A stretch of DNA of 64,000 bases from an uncultured Actinomycetes bacterium (lineage in GTDB: Bacteria; Actinomycetota; Thermoleophilia; Gaiellales; Gaiellaceae), in NCBI GenBank assembly GCA_963742635.1, contig CAVUMW010000019.1, positions 270,479-334,478 of the forward strand, read 5' to 3'. How positions within the stretch are numbered: the first letter of the stretch is position 1; each line of letters starts with the position of its first letter. The notes beneath the pieces were generated by a model, which saw only the letters and a program-made list of their open reading frames with translations, ran no database searches and was not told where the DNA came from. Of this stretch, positions 62,816-64,000 are shown one piece after another. Both the position numbers and the translations under genes were made by a program.

Positions 62816-64000
62816 ACATGAGCCCGAACGCGTCTCCGCTCGGCGGCATCACGCTCGGCCTGATCCCGCAGTCCGCGAAGATCGCGATCTTCGACTGCCC
62901 GACCGGCAACTTCCTGTGCGCGGACACGGACACGCTCGCTCAGGCCAAGGCCGCCGGCGCGATCAAGCAGACCGCGAAGCTGCAGGACCTCGGCTACTAC
63001 AAGGACGCGAGCGGGCAGGACATCACGCTCAAGGACCTCGTGCGCGGACTGCCGCCCGACACGACGCTCGAGGATCTCCTCGCCACCGTCCTCCTGAAGA
63101 CCGCGTACGACTGGGAGCAGCTCCCGCTACCCGGGTTCCCGCTCCAGGACTTCTCAACGGACGGAGGGACGGCGACGTACACGGTCTCGTTCCAGCTCAA
63201 CGGCGCGGGGCCGCCGGTCGACGGCTCGGTCGCCGTTCACGTCGGGGCGGATGCCCGGTACGTGTCGGGCTCGACGACGCTCTCGGGCGGGCCGGGCACG
63301 TCGACGAGCCGACGCTGAGGTTACCCGAGAACGAGCTGAACTGGCACCTCACCAACGTGCAGCTCGGCACGAGCTACCAGCTCACCTTCCACGCGAAGCC
63401 CGGCCTCAGCCTGGGAACCGAGTCGGCGACGGCGAAGATCGCGGCGACCGGCCTCAACGGCACCGTCCAGGCACCCGAGGCCGCGAGCACGCAGATCACC
63501 GAGCCGGGTGAGCCCGCGAACGGACAGCCCGACACCGCGCAGCCGGCGCAGCCCGACACGCTCTACCTCGGCTACACGTCGAGCGGCTCCGACCGCGACT
63601 ACTTCCAGGTCCATGCGAATTCGGGCGAGCAGCTGACGATCCACCTCAGCCACCTGAAGGTGGACGACGATCTCGTCATCTACGGGCCGGGCATCGCGCC
63701 ACTGCGGACGCCGCACCCCGGCGCCGAGGCGCCCTCCGCGGGAGACGTGCCCTTCGATCTCGGCCAGCGCACGCAGTCGGATTCACACCCGAGGCGCTCA
63801 CCGACGTGCCTCAGGACGCCGTCAACGGCCAGACCGGCCTCGACGTCTCGGACAACCGCGGCCTCGCAGACGAGGAAGTGTCCGTCGTCTCACCAGAGGG
63901 TGGGACGTACACGATCCAGGTCGCGAGCTTCGACGGGGGCTACAGCAACGATCCGTGGGTGCTGCGGATCGAGAGATCGCCCTCGATCGCGCTGCCGCCC

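Larger units (their letters stand above)
54682..64000. repeat. Right arm of the imperfect palindrome (runs to the window edge)
   Basis: The first 103 nt are the exact reverse complement of 54,578-54,680. Homology continues to nt 64,000 and probably beyond. Confidence 0.9.
60512..64000 (+). pseudogene. Right-arm copy of the giant secreted PD40 / GGIPL-repeat / PPC / C25-like protein (3' end outside window), four frameshifts after 62,366
   Basis: GGAGG RBS then ATG. Signal peptide MRNQLRLVVGVIGALALALVLPGVAQA and a beta-sandwich N-domain (TIDGVIGDGEWTDA). About 6 PD40 repeats are intact to 62,365. Frame changes occur at ~62,366, ~62,782, ~63,299 and ~63,785. A PPC-like domain (DRDYFQVHANSGEQLTIHLSHLKVDDDLVIYGP) lies at ~63,590-63,700. 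Confidence 0.75.

Noticed and set aside
42973-64000. The duplicated block as a mobile element or genomic island.
   Set aside because: No integrase, transposase, recombinase, terminal inverted repeats of IS type or phage genes are visible. The only hint is the tRNA-like element.

Overview
High-GC (~70%) actinobacterial-type chromosome segment with GTG/TTG starts and many ATGA/GTGA stop-start overlaps; the phylum call is an inference from gene content. Nt 1-42,900 is ordinary core genome. It holds glnA, a PdtaS/PdtaR-like two-component pair and an ABC-F ATPase. It also holds a pentose-phosphate cluster: tkt divergent from rpiB-tal-hydrolase-pgi-gnd-zwf-opcA. Further along are a caa3-type cytochrome oxidase operon (ctaC-ctaD-ctaB), msrB-msrA, and an ABC-importer/GH4/kinase/SIS/CE4 sugar operon with a ROK regulator. 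The core part ends with a PD40-PASTA exoprotein, an ECF sigma/anti-sigma pair, and two LexA-box-preceded repair genes (DnaQ-GIY-YIG fusion and dinB). From ~45.8 kb to the window end the sequence is one imperfect palindrome with no spacer, centred at nt 54,681. A block of giant secreted PD40/C25-like protein, cyclase-STAND-TPR protein, tRNA-Arg-like element and PD40 protein is present twice in mirror orientation. The inner left arm is heavily degraded by indels. The outer parts of the arms differ mostly at synonymous sites. This is either a fold-back assembly chimera or a real inverted duplication, and I cannot decide which from sequence alone. Indel-type frameshifts also interrupt conserved core genes (tal, pgi, an FAD oxidoreductase and others) about once per 5 kb. 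This points to base-level assembly error, so every 'pseudogene' call here is provisional. I found no CRISPR array, rRNA, transposase, integrase or recognisable defence system.
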